In this document: positions 18,550 to 30,186 of the stretch, in pieces
How the letters are laid out: each line of letters starts with the position of its first letter
Position numbering within the stretch: position 1 is the stretch's first letter
From: Alphaproteobacteria bacterium
GTDB lineage: Bacteria > Pseudomonadota > Alphaproteobacteria > MPNO01
Assembly (NCBI GenBank): GCA_965248835.1
Contig: CBDFLJ010000001.1
Coordinates: 768,001-832,000, forward strand
Direction of reading: 5' to 3'
DNA length: 64,000 nt
Translations under genes and position numbers: made by a program
Notes under the pieces: model-generated
Database searches by the model: none
What the model was told of the DNA's origin: nothing
What the model saw: the letters and a program-made list of their open reading frames with translations, nothing else

Positions 18550-18566
18550 CGCATCTGGGACTGACG
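18537..18566 (+). repeat. perfect 15-bp tandem duplication across the stop codon
   Basis: catctgggactgacg x2. Confidence 0.9.
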
Positions 18567-18657
18567 CCGGAAATCGGCGACGATGGGGTTGCCGGTTTCC
18601 GTTCGCCCCGACGAGGACCGCGAACGCCGGCGCGGCGGCGCGGAGGCAGGTCATGGG

Positions 18658-19317
18658 ATGACTCGATGCGGTGGAATGCGGCGGGGGTTCGGCCGGCTGA
18701 TCGCCTGTCTCGCGGCGGCGACGGCCATCGCGGCGGTCGGGGCCGCCGCGAAGACGGGCGATACCGCCGCACCGGCGCCAGTGGCGTCCGGGCCGCTCGC
18801 CGGCTGGCTGCTCGTTGCTGCCCCGCACATGCCGGACCCGCGGTTTGCCGGGACCGTCATCTTCATGCTGCGCCACGGCGAGCGCGGCGCGGTGGGCCTG
18901 ATCGTCAACCGGTTGATCGCGGTCGAGCCGGCCTCGAAGGTGCTGGAGCGGATCCTCGGCAAGGACCAGCCGGACGGTCGGAGCCGCACCGTCCGCATCC
19001 AATATGGCGGGCCGGTCGATCCCTCGCAGGGATTCTTCATGCATTCCAGCGACTACGCCGACGCCGGCACGGTCGCGGTGACCGACAAGGTTTCGCTGAC
19101 CGGCAATCAAGCCGTCTTGCGTGCCCTGGCGGAGGGCAAGGGGCCGGCCAGGGGTTTCCTCGCCATCGGCTATGCCGGCTGGGGTCCGGGTCAGCTTGAA
19201 AACGAGCTTCGCCGCAAGGACTGGATCACCGTCTTCCCCGACGCCGGTCTCCTGTTCGACGACGACATGCAGACCAAATGGCAGCGCGCAATGGACAAGC
19301 GCGGCGCCGATCTCTGA
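18658..19317 (+). CDS. YqgE/AlgH (UPF0301) family protein with N-terminal extension
   Basis: LLVAAPHMPDPRFAGTVI, GLIVNR, YGGPV, GYAGWGPGQLENE; start 18658 or 18676. Confidence 0.9.
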   Translation: MTRCGGMRRGFGRLIACLAAATAIAAVGAAAKTGDTAAPAPVASGPLAGWLLVAAPHMPDPRFAGTVIFMLRHGERGAVGLIVNRLIAVEPASKVLERILGKDQPDGRSRTVRIQYGGPVDPSQGFFMHSSDYADAGTVAVTDKVSLTGNQAVLRALAEGKGPARGFLAIGYAGWGPGQLENELRRKDWITVFPDAGLLFDDDMQTKWQRAMDKRGADL

Positions 19318-19364
19318 ACGCCGGCGACGGCTCGTGTCTTTCCAGTTCCGCGCGCCGGTGGCGA

Positions 19365-19389
19365 GGATCGGACCGGACCGGTCCGATCC
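19365..19389. terminator. perfect inverted repeat between convergent genes (possible bidirectional terminator)
   Basis: GGATCGGACCGG-A-CCGGTCCGATCC; no clear U-tract. Confidence 0.45.
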
Positions 19390-19403
19390 GGCCGGCACAC
19401 GGG

Positions 19404-19814
19404 CTACAGAGCAGCGACCGTCTGGACCTCGATCAGGAACGGCTCCTGGACCAGCCGGTCGACCAGCAGCAGCGTGTTGGGCGGATATTTCCCGTCGGGA
19501 AACATTTTCGGGAACGCGCGCAGGCGGAAGGCCATGAAATCGGGGATCGACTGGGAGTGCACCATATAGGTGGTGAACTGGACCACGTTGGCCCAATCGG
19601 CATCGGCCGAGCGCAGGGCGGCATGGATGTTGGCGAAGACCTGGGTGCACTGGGCGTCGAAATCGTCCGCACCGACGATCCCGCCGTCCTTGTCGCCCGA
19701 CAGCATGCCGGCGATGAACAGCAACTCCGAGGCCTTGACCCTGGTGACATGGGTGTACTGACCGAGCGGCGCGCCCAGCGCGTCGGGGTTGTAGATCTGG
19801 ATATCGGCTGTCAT
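19404..19814 (-). CDS. RidA/YjgF family protein
   Basis: PLGQYTH, LFIAG, PPNTLLLVDRL, LIEVQTVAA. Confidence 0.9.
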   Translation of the reverse strand: MTADIQIYNPDALGAPLGQYTHVTRVKASELLFIAGMLSGDKDGGIVGADDFDAQCTQVFANIHAALRSADADWANVVQFTTYMVHSQSIPDFMAFRLRAFPKMFPDGKYPPNTLLLVDRLVQEPFLIEVQTVAAL

Positions 19815-19871
19815 CTGGTTCCGTCTCCTTGCCTGGTGGGGTCCGGATCAAGCCAACCCGGGCGCGCAAGA

Positions 19872-21023
19872 TCAAGCGGGCGTGCAACCGGTCGGGACAT
19901 GGCCGGCGGCCCGGACGTATTGAGCGGCGACCCAGGGGATGCGGCGCTCGAGCCCGATCGAGACCGGCTTGAGCCGCTCGGGAAGGCCGAGCGTCAGCCC
20001 GTAGATCCGGGTCCAGCGCTGGGTGTGCTCGGTCAACGGCCGCTCGCGCCGCTCCCAGACCGCCATCGCGGTCCCGATGTCCGCCGCGCCCTCCAGGGCG
20101 ACGGCCAGGCCCAGCGCGTTCATCATCGCATGGCCAGCGCCCTGGGCGAGGTAGGGCGCCATCGCATGCGCCGCATCGCCGAGGACGGCGACCCGCCCCG
20201 CCGACCAGCGCTTCAGCCGGACGGTCTGGAACTGGGCCCAGCGCGCTTGCTGCCAATCGGCCTGCGCAGCGACGCGGGCCAACAGGCCGCGCAGGGCCGG
20301 GAACGAGCCGCCCCACAGCCCGACGTCGATCGGTGTCCGGCAGGCTGCGTGGTCCTCGACCATGGCCCCCAGAAGCACATAGAACTCCTCCCGGTTGACC
20401 GGGCAGTAGAGCACCCGGCGCCGGTCCGACCAGGCTTCGATCATCACCGAGCCGTCCCGGTCGGCGGCGGCGATCTCGGCGGCGGTGCGCCTGACGGTCA
20501 CCCGGATGGCGCCGTCGCGTTGCCAGATGTGGCGCCGGACAAGGTCGAGCGCCTCGCGCAGCGGCGAGGCGACGCCGTCGGCCACCACGATCAGATCGGC
20601 GGCCGCGTGTCCGCCGTCCCGGGTCCTCAGCGTGCCGTCGGCCCGGACGTCGGTGACCGTCGAGCCGAGCGCGATCTCGGCGCCCGCCTTTCGGGCGCGC
20701 GCGGCCAGCAGGCGCACGATATGCCGGCGGTCGATCCGATAGGGGCTGCGTTCGGTCGGCCGGCTCATCAGCACCGTGCCGGCGCCGTCGAGCGAATCGC
20801 GCCGGTCGATGCGCGCGCCGCCGGCCAGCACGGCCTCCTCGAGGCCGAACGCGGCGAAGATCAGCGCCATGTTGCGCTGGATCGCGATGCCATAGCCTTC
20901 GACATCGATCGCATCGCGCCGCTCGTGCAGCCGGACCGACCATCCGCGGTCGGCCAGCGCCGCGGCCGCCACCAGCCCGCCGAAACCGCCGCCCACGATT
21001 TCCGCCCGTCCCGGCGCGACCAC
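19872..21023 (-). CDS. FAD-dependent monooxygenase, MHPCO-like (3-hydroxypyridine ring-cleaving oxygenase family)
   Basis: RAEIVGGGFGGL, ADLIVVADG, DGAIR, RRVLYCPVN, PIDV.LW..SFP, GDAAHAMAPYLAQGAG. Confidence 0.85.
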   Translation of the reverse strand: MVAPGRAEIVGGGFGGLVAAAALADRGWSVRLHERRDAIDVEGYGIAIQRNMALIFAAFGLEEAVLAGGARIDRRDSLDGAGTVLMSRPTERSPYRIDRRHIVRLLAARARKAGAEIALGSTVTDVRADGTLRTRDGGHAAADLIVVADGVASPLREALDLVRRHIWQRDGAIRVTVRRTAAEIAAADRDGSVMIEAWSDRRRVLYCPVNREEFYVLLGAMVEDHAACRTPIDVGLWGGSFPALRGLLARVAAQADWQQARWAQFQTVRLKRWSAGRVAVLGDAAHAMAPYLAQGAGHAMMNALGLAVALEGAADIGTAMAVWERRERPLTEHTQRWTRIYGLTLGLPERLKPVSIGLERRIPWVAAQYVRAAGHVPTGCTPA

Positions 21024-21138
21024 CCATGCCTCCCTCGCCGGGCGCCATGATAGCCGATCGGCCCGCGCGGCGAAGCCTGGAGCGTGTCAAGCAGCCTGTT
21101 CGAAACTTTGGACGCGCCAGCCCTGCCGAGGACCGGCG

Positions 21139-22749
<1,611 letters not shown>

Positions 22750-22884
22750 AAGTCCCTCCTGAGGTGCCGGCCCGGTGGCGGTGATGCCCGCTAGGCGCCA
22801 GAGCGGCCCCACGACCGAACTGCGACGGCAATTTGGGCTGATCGTTGGCAGTCCTGGCGAAGATAAAGCGAGTGGTTGACGCTT

Positions 22885-23598
22885 TCAACCGGCAGGACCG
22901 GTCCGCGCCATTGCAGCCAGGATTTTGCGTGCCGCCGCGGGTCCGTCGATCGGCGCGTCGAAGTCGCATCGCAGCCGCCCGCCCGGCCCGATCAGGTCGA
23001 GTCCTTCGGGATCGATGCCGGTCATTTTCCATTCGCCGGCCGTGTCCGCCGCGCCTTTGGCATAGCGTGCGAGGGCATCGGCGTGGTCGGCGTTCATGTG
23101 TTCGATGATGTCTTGTTCGGCGTCGATCAGCGCCGGTGCGGCCGCGAGCGTGACCTCGGCCGGATCGAGCCAGTCGATCGCTCCGAACCCTGCGACGATA
23201 TGCGCCCGCTCGACCGCGAGCCGGAACAGGCGGAAACCGCCCAGCGCCAGATATTCCGCCGCAGCGTCATGGCGCCGAAGGTAGCGGCCGAGGAGCGCGT
23301 CGTCGTCGGTGGCCTCGATGCGGCCGAGCAGGCTGAGCCGTGGCCCGGCCAGCGGGTTGTCGTGGCCGTCCGTCGCATCGAAGGCGAGCGATGCCCGGGG
23401 GTCGCGCTCGATGTTCCTGGTGTGCTGGGCGAGATCGGATAGCAGCATCAGCGGCGCCCCGGACTGGTCGCAGGCGACCATGACCAGGGAGGTGTAGGGA
23501 TCTCCCGCCGCCCCCATCAGCGTCGCAAGCGTCGCCTTGTCGCCGCGCCGGACGATCGATCGCGCCCGCGCGGCGGCGGTTTGCCGGTCTTCGTCCAT
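22885..23598 (-). CDS. HugZ / pyridoxamine 5'-phosphate oxidase-like protein
   Basis: PYTSLV, LSDLAQHTRN, IEHMNADH, GIDPEG; usual neighbour of pckA/chvI. Confidence 0.88.
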   Translation of the reverse strand: MDEDRQTAAARARSIVRRGDKATLATLMGAAGDPYTSLVMVACDQSGAPLMLLSDLAQHTRNIERDPRASLAFDATDGHDNPLAGPRLSLLGRIEATDDDALLGRYLRRHDAAAEYLALGGFRLFRLAVERAHIVAGFGAIDWLDPAEVTLAAAPALIDAEQDIIEHMNADHADALARYAKGAADTAGEWKMTGIDPEGLDLIGPGGRLRCDFDAPIDGPAAARKILAAMARTGPAG

Positions 23599-23682
23599 GG
23601 CGGCGACTCTGGGCCGGTGCGGCAATGAGGGTCAACAGCGGGAATTGCGGCCGGAAAGCTTGCGCCGGCCGCATGAGACACT

Positions 23683-24183
23683 ATGTCCATTCCCATGGGC
23701 GCGATCGGCGAATGCTTGCGAACCCTCGCGCGCGCGGTCCGGCCGGCCGCGGGCGCCGGCATTGTCGCCTTCGCGGTGGCCGCGTTGCCGGGCTTGGCCG
23801 CGGCCGGGGGCATGTTGAGCCCGAAGGATGCCGCCCGGATGGCCGCCCAGGGCCGCATCGCGCTGATCGACGTGCGCTCGCCCGCCGAATGGCGGCAAAC
23901 CGGCATCCCGGCCGACGGCCACGCGGTCACGATCCACAACCGGGCCGGCACCAAGGCCTTCATCGGCGAGGTCCTGAAGACAGTGCGCGGCGATCGGTCG
24001 CGGCCGGTTGCGCTGATATGCGCCGCCGGAGCGCGCTCGGCACGCGCCCGGCGCATATTGGAAGCCAACGGATTTACCGATGTTTATGACGTTTCGGCCG
24101 GAATGTCGGGCAATGCGCGCCAGCCCGGCTGGATTGCCAGCGGCCTGCCGAGACGGTCTTGTGCCGGCAGGAAAGCGTGCTGA
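23683..24183 (+). CDS. rhodanese-like domain protein with signal peptide
   Basis: [31 protein letters not shown]; start uncertain. Confidence 0.85.
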   Translation: MSIPMGAIGECLRTLARAVRPAAGAGIVAFAVAALPGLAAAGGMLSPKDAARMAAQGRIALIDVRSPAEWRQTGIPADGHAVTIHNRAGTKAFIGEVLKTVRGDRSRPVALICAAGARSARARRILEANGFTDVYDVSAGMSGNARQPGWIASGLPRRSCAGRKAC

Positions 24184-24211
24184 TCGGCAACCTGGACCCA
24201 AAGGGGCCGTC

Positions 24212-24913
24212 GTGAAACAGAAGATTGCCCTGGTCGATGACGACCGGAACATCCTGACCTCGGTATCGATGTTGCTGGAAGCCGAAGGCTTCGAGGTCCG
24301 CACCTTCCACAACGGAGCGGCCGCCCTCCAGGGGCTGTCCACCAGCCCTGCGGATCTTGCGGTGCTCGACGTCAAGATGCCGCGGATGGATGGCATGGAG
24401 CTGCTCCAGCATCTGCGCAAGCAAACTGACATGCCGATCATCTTTCTGACCTCGAAGGACGACGAGGTCGACGAGGTCCTGGGCCTCAGGATGGGCGCGG
24501 ACGACTACATAAAAAAGCCGTTCTCCCAACGCCTGCTGTTGGAGCGGATCCGCACGATCCTCCGGCGCCACGGCAAGGACACAGGCCAGGCCGGCGACAC
24601 CGACGGCGAGCCGCCGCTGGAGCGCGGGCCCCTGACGCTGGACGCATCGCGCCATCTGTGCGCATGGAAAGGTCAGGCGGTCGATCTGACGGTGACCGAG
24701 TTCCTCTTGGTCAAGGCGCTGGCGCTGAGACCCGGCCACGTCAAGAGCCGAGACCAGCTTATGGATGCCGCCTATGGCGAGCACATTTACGTTGACGACC
24801 GGACGATCGACAGCCATATCAAGCGCTTGCGCAAGAAATTCAAGGTCGTAGACGACGACTTCAGCCAGATCGAAACGCTCTACGGCATAGGATACCGCTA
24901 CAGGGACGGCTGA
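24212..24913 (+). CDS. chvI: OmpR-family response regulator ChvI
   Basis: [35 protein letters not shown]. Confidence 0.95.
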   Translation: MKQKIALVDDDRNILTSVSMLLEAEGFEVRTFHNGAAALQGLSTSPADLAVLDVKMPRMDGMELLQHLRKQTDMPIIFLTSKDDEVDEVLGLRMGADDYIKKPFSQRLLLERIRTILRRHGKDTGQAGDTDGEPPLERGPLTLDASRHLCAWKGQAVDLTVTEFLLVKALALRPGHVKSRDQLMDAAYGEHIYVDDRTIDSHIKRLRKKFKVVDDDFSQIETLYGIGYRYRDG

Positions 24914-24962
24914 TTTCCGGACCAGGCGCCAGCCGGACCGATAACCGATCGGGCGGGCGGCC

Positions 24963-26612
24963 ATGGTCCCGGGCCGCCGACTGCCGAACGAGGGCGCCTC
25001 CGGACGGCACCCGATGATCAAGGCCTTTTCATCCGCGATGCTGTCGCCCCTGACGTGGCGCGTGCTGACGATCAACATCCTGGCCCTCGGGGTTCTGGTG
25101 GCGGGACTTCTGTATCTGGGCCAGTACGAGGAAGGGCTTATCGAGGCGGAGATCGAATCGCTCAACACCCAGGCCGAGATCTTCGCCGGCGCACTCGGCC
25201 AGGGCGCGGTGGGCACCGGCGAAGACGGCGCCCAGTCGATCCTGACGCCGGTCGCTCGGCCGATGCTGCGGCGGCTGGTCGCGCCGACGCGGGCCCGGGC
25301 CCGGCTGTTCGGCGCCGAAGGCGCGCTGATCGTCGACAGCCGGACCCTGACCGGCCCCGGTCACCCGGTCCAGGAAGAGCCGCTGCCGCCGCCCGATCAG
25401 GAAGGCTTTTTCGGCGCGCTGCTGCTCGATGCCTACGACCAGGTCCTGCGGCTGCTGCCCTCCCGCACCCGCCCGCACGCCTATACCGAGCGCGCGGTCG
25501 AGCGGGCCAACGACTATGCCGAGGTCATCGGCGCGCTCAACGGTGAGACCCGGGTCAACATCCGCTACGACCAGGAAAACCGGATGGTCCTGATCGTCGC
25601 GGTCCCCGTTCAGCGCTTCAAGAAAGTCCTCGGCGCGCTGATGCTGACCGTCGGCGGCAAGGAGATCGAAGCCGGCGTGCGCGACGTCCGGTTCGGGATT
25701 CTCAAGGTCTTCGGTATCGCCCTGTCGGTCACGGTGATTCTTTCGTTCTACCTCGCCGGCGCGATCGCCCGGCCGGTGCGCCGCCTGGCCGAGGCTGCCC
25801 GCGGCGTGCGCCGCGGCCAGTCCGAGATCTCGCAGATCCCCGACTTTACGTCGCGCCGCGACGAGATCGGCGATCTTTCCGGCGCCCTGCGCGACATGAC
25901 CGCAGACATCCAGACCCGCATGGAGGCGGTCGAGAGCTTCGCGGCCGATGTCTCCCACGAGATCAAGAACCCGCTGACGTCGTTGCGCAGCGCGGTGGAG
26001 ACCGTCTCGCGGGTCAAGAACCCCGATCAGCAGCGCGAGCTGATGGCGATCATCGAGCAGGACGTAAAGCGGCTCGACCGGCTGATCTCGGATATCTCCA
26101 GCGCCTCCAGGCTCGATGCGGAACTCGCCCGCACGGCTATGGTGGAAATCGACATCGCTCGGCTGCTCCAGACCCTGGTCGAGGTCCACAGTTCGACCGA
26201 TACCGGCCGCCGGAGGCCGCTCGAGCTCGAAATCGAATTCGAATCGCCGATCGTCAACGGGATTGAAACCAGGCTCGTGCAGGTCTTCCAGAACCTGTTG
26301 TCGAATGCCTTCTCGTTCAGCCCCGAGGCCGCCGCGGTCCGCATGAAACTCGCGCGCGAGAACGGCGCCTACGAGGTTACGGTGGACGATGCAGGACCCG
26401 GCATCCCCGAGGAGAATCTCGATTCGGTCTTCCAACGCTTCTACAGCCAGCGGCCGGACGGCGAGGATTTCGGCAACCATTCCGGGCTGGGGCTCAATAT
26501 CTCGCGCCAGATCGTCGATGCCCATGGCGGCACGATCTCGGCCATGAACCGCTATCGCGAGGACGGCGATATCGAGGGCGCGCGCTTCACCGTCAGGTTG
26601 CCGCCGGCCTAG
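24963..26612 (+). CDS. chvG: sensor histidine kinase ChvG
   Basis: Two TM segments, HAMP, FAADVSHEIKNP H-box, NHSGLGL; start may be 25014. Confidence 0.94.
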   Translation: MVPGRRLPNEGASGRHPMIKAFSSAMLSPLTWRVLTINILALGVLVAGLLYLGQYEEGLIEAEIESLNTQAEIFAGALGQGAVGTGEDGAQSILTPVARPMLRRLVAPTRARARLFGAEGALIVDSRTLTGPGHPVQEEPLPPPDQEGFFGALLLDAYDQVLRLLPSRTRPHAYTERAVERANDYAEVIGALNGETRVNIRYDQENRMVLIVAVPVQRFKKVLGALMLTVGGKEIEAGVRDVRFGILKVFGIALSVTVILSFYLAGAIARPVRRLAEAARGVRRGQSEISQIPDFTSRRDEIGDLSGALRDMTADIQTRMEAVESFAADVSHEIKNPLTSLRSAVETVSRVKNPDQQRELMAIIEQDVKRLDRLISDISSASRLDAELARTAMVEIDIARLLQTLVEVHSSTDTGRRRPLELEIEFESPIVNGIETRLVQVFQNLLSNAFSFSPEAAAVRMKLARENGAYEVTVDDAGPGIPEENLDSVFQRFYSQRPDGEDFGNHSGLGLNISRQIVDAHGGTISAMNRYREDGDIEGARFTVRLPPA

Positions 26613-26616
26613 CGCG

Positions 26617-27060
26617 ATGGCGGTGATCCATGCCACCTGCATTGCGATCGGCTCCTGCGGCGTCCTGTTGCTGGGCCCTTCGGGCGCCGGCAAGTCGGAT
26701 CTGGCGCTGCGGCTGATCGACGGCGGGGCGGCGCTGGTGGCCGACGACCAGGTCGTGCTGCGAGCCGAAGGCGGGGTGCTGCAGGCCAGCCCGCCGCCCG
26801 TGCTCGCCGGCCGTTTGGAAGTCCGCGGGATCGGCATCGTCGATCTGGACTGGCGGGCGCCGGTCGCGGTGGGTCTCGCCGTGGAGCTTGCTGAGGCGGA
26901 GCGGCCGCGCCTTCCCGAAACCACGGTTTGGCGGCACGAGGGCATCGCGATCGCCCGCATCGCGGTCTGCGCTTTCACGTCCTCGGCGGCGGCGAAGGTC
27001 CGGCTTGCCGTGCGCGCCGCGCGGACCGATAGTGCCGGCGCAGACGCCGAGGCCCGATGA
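26617..27060 (+). CDS. hprK: HPr kinase/phosphorylase (short alphaproteobacterial form)
   Basis: HATC, GPSGAGKSDLALRL, LVADD, LEVRGIG. Confidence 0.9.
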   Translation: MAVIHATCIAIGSCGVLLLGPSGAGKSDLALRLIDGGAALVADDQVVLRAEGGVLQASPPPVLAGRLEVRGIGIVDLDWRAPVAVGLAVELAEAERPRLPETTVWRHEGIAIARIAVCAFTSSAAAKVRLAVRAARTDSAGADAEAR

Positions 27061-27992
27061 TGGAGACCCCGAACCAGACGCCCGGACTTGCCGAGGATCC
27101 GGCCGAGGTGTGCGCTGCGGCCGAACCGGTCGATCGGGTCGTGGTGGTGACCGGCATGTCCGGAGCCGGCAAGACCGTCGCGCTTAAGGCGCTGGAGGAC
27201 ATGGGCTACGAGACGGTCGACAACCTGCCGCTCCGCCTGGTGCAAAACCTGATCGGGACCAACAGGCACGGGCAGAGGCCGCTGGCGCTCGGGGTCGATA
27301 TCAGGACGCGCGACTTCGCCGCCGAAAGGTTTCTGACCGAGATCGACGGGCTGAACGGCAATCCCCTTATCGACGCCGAGCTTGTGTTCCTGGACTGCGA
27401 GGACGAGGTCCTGCGCCGGCGCTATTCGGAGACCCGCCACCGCCACCCCCTGGCCGAGCGCGGACGGCTGAGCCAGGCCATCGCGCGCGAGCGCGCGCTG
27501 CTGGCGCCGCTGCGCGAGCGGGCCAACCGCCTGATCGACACCAGCGGGCTCAAGCTCGCGGATCTGAAGCGTATCCTGGAAGGCGCCTGCGGACGGGCCG
27601 GCGCGCCGGGGCTCACGGTCTCGGTGCTGTCGTTCTCCTACCGCCACGGCCTGCCGCCGGAGGCCGATATCGTGCTCGACGTCCGGTTCCTCAAGAACCC
27701 GTTCTACGAGCCGGATCTTGCCCGGCGCGACGGCCGGGATCCGGCGGTCGGCGCGTTCGTCGAGGCCGATCCGGCCTTCGCGGCGTTTTTCAGCTCCTTG
27801 ACCGGCATGCTGGAGGCGGTGTTGCCGCATTTCGATGACGAGGGTAAGAGCTACCTGACCATCGCGGTCGGGTGCACCGGCGGCATGCATCGTTCGGTGT
27901 TCGTCACCGACCGGCTGGACGCCTGGTTGCGCACACGGGGCCAGCGGGTGAGCGTGGCCCACCGCGACCTGCCGGCCGCGTCCGGATCCTAG
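27057..27992 (+). CDS. rapZ: RNase adapter RapZ
   Basis: TGMSGAGKT, VDNLP, DVRFLKNP, GCTGGMHRSV. Confidence 0.94.
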   Translation: MMETPNQTPGLAEDPAEVCAAAEPVDRVVVVTGMSGAGKTVALKALEDMGYETVDNLPLRLVQNLIGTNRHGQRPLALGVDIRTRDFAAERFLTEIDGLNGNPLIDAELVFLDCEDEVLRRRYSETRHRHPLAERGRLSQAIARERALLAPLRERANRLIDTSGLKLADLKRILEGACGRAGAPGLTVSVLSFSYRHGLPPEADIVLDVRFLKNPFYEPDLARRDGRDPAVGAFVEADPAFAAFFSSLTGMLEAVLPHFDDEGKSYLTIAVGCTGGMHRSVFVTDRLDAWLRTRGQRVSVAHRDLPAASGS

Positions 27993-28005
27993 GAGGAATG
28001 CCGCG

Positions 28006-28419
28006 ATGGCGCTGATCGGGATGGTGCTGGTGACACATGGCGGCCTCGCGCGCGAGATGGTCGCCGCGCTCGAGCATGTGGTCGGTGCGCAGGAACTGGT
28101 GGAAACCGTCTGCATCGGCCCAAACGACGACATGGAGCAGCGCAGGCGCGAGATTGCCGAATGCATCGCGCGGGCCGATGACGGCAGCGGGGTGATCCTG
28201 CTGACCGACATGTTCGGCGGGACGCCCTCGAACCTCGCCATCTCCTTGATGAACGAGTGCAACATCGAGGTCATCGCCGGAGTCAACCTGCCGATGCTGG
28301 TAAAGCTCGCCAGCGTGCGGGGGCGCGAGGGGCTGGCCGCCTCCGTCGCCGCGGCCCAGGAAGCCGGACGCAAGTACATCAGCGTTGCCTCCAAGCTCCT
28401 GGAAGAGCGGGCCGAATGA
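28006..28419 (+). CDS. PTS EIIA component, mannose/fructose family
   Basis: VLVTHG, LTDMFGGTPSN, GVNLPML; AGGAGG RBS. Confidence 0.93.
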   Translation: MALIGMVLVTHGGLAREMVAALEHVVGAQELVETVCIGPNDDMEQRRREIAECIARADDGSGVILLTDMFGGTPSNLAISLMNECNIEVIAGVNLPMLVKLASVRGREGLAASVAAAQEAGRKYISVASKLLEERAE

Positions 28420-28700
28420 GCGAACGCCGCCGCGCGGTGCGCCGCGCGGTCGAAGTCATAAACGAACGGGGCCTGCACGCACGCGTCGCCGCCAGAATCG
28501 CCGCGACGGCCGAAGGGTTCGATGCCGACGTCCGGATCGGCTGCAAGGGCCAGGATGTCTCCGCGTTGTCGATCATGGGCCTGCTGATGCTGGCCGCCTC
28601 GACCGGCACCAGGCTGGAGCTCGTGGCGAGCGGGGTGGAGGCGAAAGCGGCCGTGGAGTCGCTGGCGGCGCTGTTCGCGGCGGGGTTCGAGGAGACATGA
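28416..28700 (+). CDS. phosphocarrier HPr/NPr
   Basis: [16 protein letters not shown]; ATGA overlap with EIIA. Confidence 0.93.
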   Translation: MSERRRAVRRAVEVINERGLHARVAARIAATAEGFDADVRIGCKGQDVSALSIMGLLMLAASTGTRLELVASGVEAKAAVESLAALFAAGFEET

Positions 28701-28817
28701 CGCTGCCGCGTCCGCCGAACGGTTGCCTTCCCGCAGCCCGACTTGCTATATGGCGGACCTCGGCCTTGCGGTCGCGCGCCGGCCCTTGATCGCGCCAGCC
28801 ATCCCGGTATCGAAATC

Positions 28818-28859
28818 CTTCAAGGCCGTCCAAGACAACTTCAAGGCCGTCCAAGACAA
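28818..28859 (+). repeat. perfect 21-bp tandem duplication in ahcY leader
   Basis: cttcaaggccgtccaagacaa x2, directly followed by GGAG RBS. Confidence 0.92.
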
Positions 28860-28869
28860 GGAGTACCCG

Positions 28870-30165
28870 ATGCCGCCTGCCGAAGATTTCAAAGTCGCCG
28901 ATATCTCGCTGGCCGAGTGGGGCCGCAAGGAAATCACCATCGCCGAGACCGAGATGCCCGGCCTGATGGCGCTGCGTGCGGAATATGGCGGCTCGAAGCC
29001 GCTCGGCGGGGCCCGGATCGCCGGCTGCCTGCACATGACCGTGCAGACCGCGGTCCTGATCGAGACCCTGACGACGCTCGGCGCCGAGGTGCGCTGGAGC
29101 TCGTGCAACATATTCTCCACCCAGGACCACGCGGCGGCAGCCATCGCCGAGACCGGAGTTCCGGTCTTCGCCTGGAAAGGCATGACCGAAGAAGAGTTCT
29201 GGTGGGCGATCGACCGGACCATCGAAGGACCCGACGGCTGGGCGCCCAACATGATCCTCGATGACGGCGGCGATCTCACCCTGGTGATGCACCAGCGCTA
29301 TGACAGCCTGCTCGACAACGTCCGCGGCCTTTCCGAGGAAACCACCACGGGCGTCCACCGGCTTTACGAGATGGCCCAGAAGGGCACGCTTCGTGTTCCG
29401 GCGATCAACGTCAACGATTCGGTGACCAAGTCCAAGTTCGACAACCTCTACGGCTGCCGCGAAAGCCTGGTCGACGGCATCAAGCGCGCGACCGACGTGA
29501 TGGTCGCCGGCAAGATCGCCGTGGTGGCGGGGTATGGCGATGTCGGCAAAGGATCGGCGGCCTCGCTGCGCAACCAGGGCGCGCGGGTGCTTATCACCGA
29601 GATCGACCCGATCTGCGCGCTTCAGGCCGCGATGGAAGGCTATGCGGTGGTGACGATGGACGAAGCCGCTCCGGCCGGCGACATCTTCGTGACCACGACC
29701 GGCAATATCGACGTGATCACGCTGGAGCACATGCGTCAGATGAAGGATCGCGCCATCGTGTGCAATATCGGGCACTTCGACAGCGAGATCCAGATCGCCG
29801 CGCTCAGGAACTACAAGTGGGACAACGTCAAGCCGCAGGTCGACGAGGTCGAGTTTCCCGACGGCAAGCGGCTGATCGTGCTGGCGGAGGGCCGGCTGGT
29901 GAATTTGGGCTGCGCCACCGGCCACCCGAGCTTCGTGATGAGCGCCTCGTTCACCAACCAGGTGCTGGCCCAGATGGAGCTGTGGCAGAACCATGCCGAC
30001 TACGACAGGAAGGTCTATGTGCTGCCCAAGAAGCTCGACGAGAGGGTCGCGGCGCTGCATCTGGACAAGCTCGGCGTCAAGCTCACCAAGCTGACCGAGG
30101 ACCAGGCGAAATATCTCGGCCTCGAGCGCGAAGGCCCTTACAAGCCCGAATATTATCGATATTGA
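28870..30165 (+). CDS. ahcY: adenosylhomocysteinase
   Basis: [33 protein letters not shown]. Confidence 0.97.
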   Translation: MPPAEDFKVADISLAEWGRKEITIAETEMPGLMALRAEYGGSKPLGGARIAGCLHMTVQTAVLIETLTTLGAEVRWSSCNIFSTQDHAAAAIAETGVPVFAWKGMTEEEFWWAIDRTIEGPDGWAPNMILDDGGDLTLVMHQRYDSLLDNVRGLSEETTTGVHRLYEMAQKGTLRVPAINVNDSVTKSKFDNLYGCRESLVDGIKRATDVMVAGKIAVVAGYGDVGKGSAASLRNQGARVLITEIDPICALQAAMEGYAVVTMDEAAPAGDIFVTTTGNIDVITLEHMRQMKDRAIVCNIGHFDSEIQIAALRNYKWDNVKPQVDEVEFPDGKRLIVLAEGRLVNLGCATGHPSFVMSASFTNQVLAQMELWQNHADYDRKVYVLPKKLDERVAALHLDKLGVKLTKLTEDQAKYLGLEREGPYKPEYYRY

Positions 30166-30186
30166 GCCCGAAGCCGGGCAAATCCG

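Noticed and set aside
28701-28869. SAH riboswitch upstream of ahcY
   Set aside because: No GAGGAGCG..TGC..AGGCTC-like core visible
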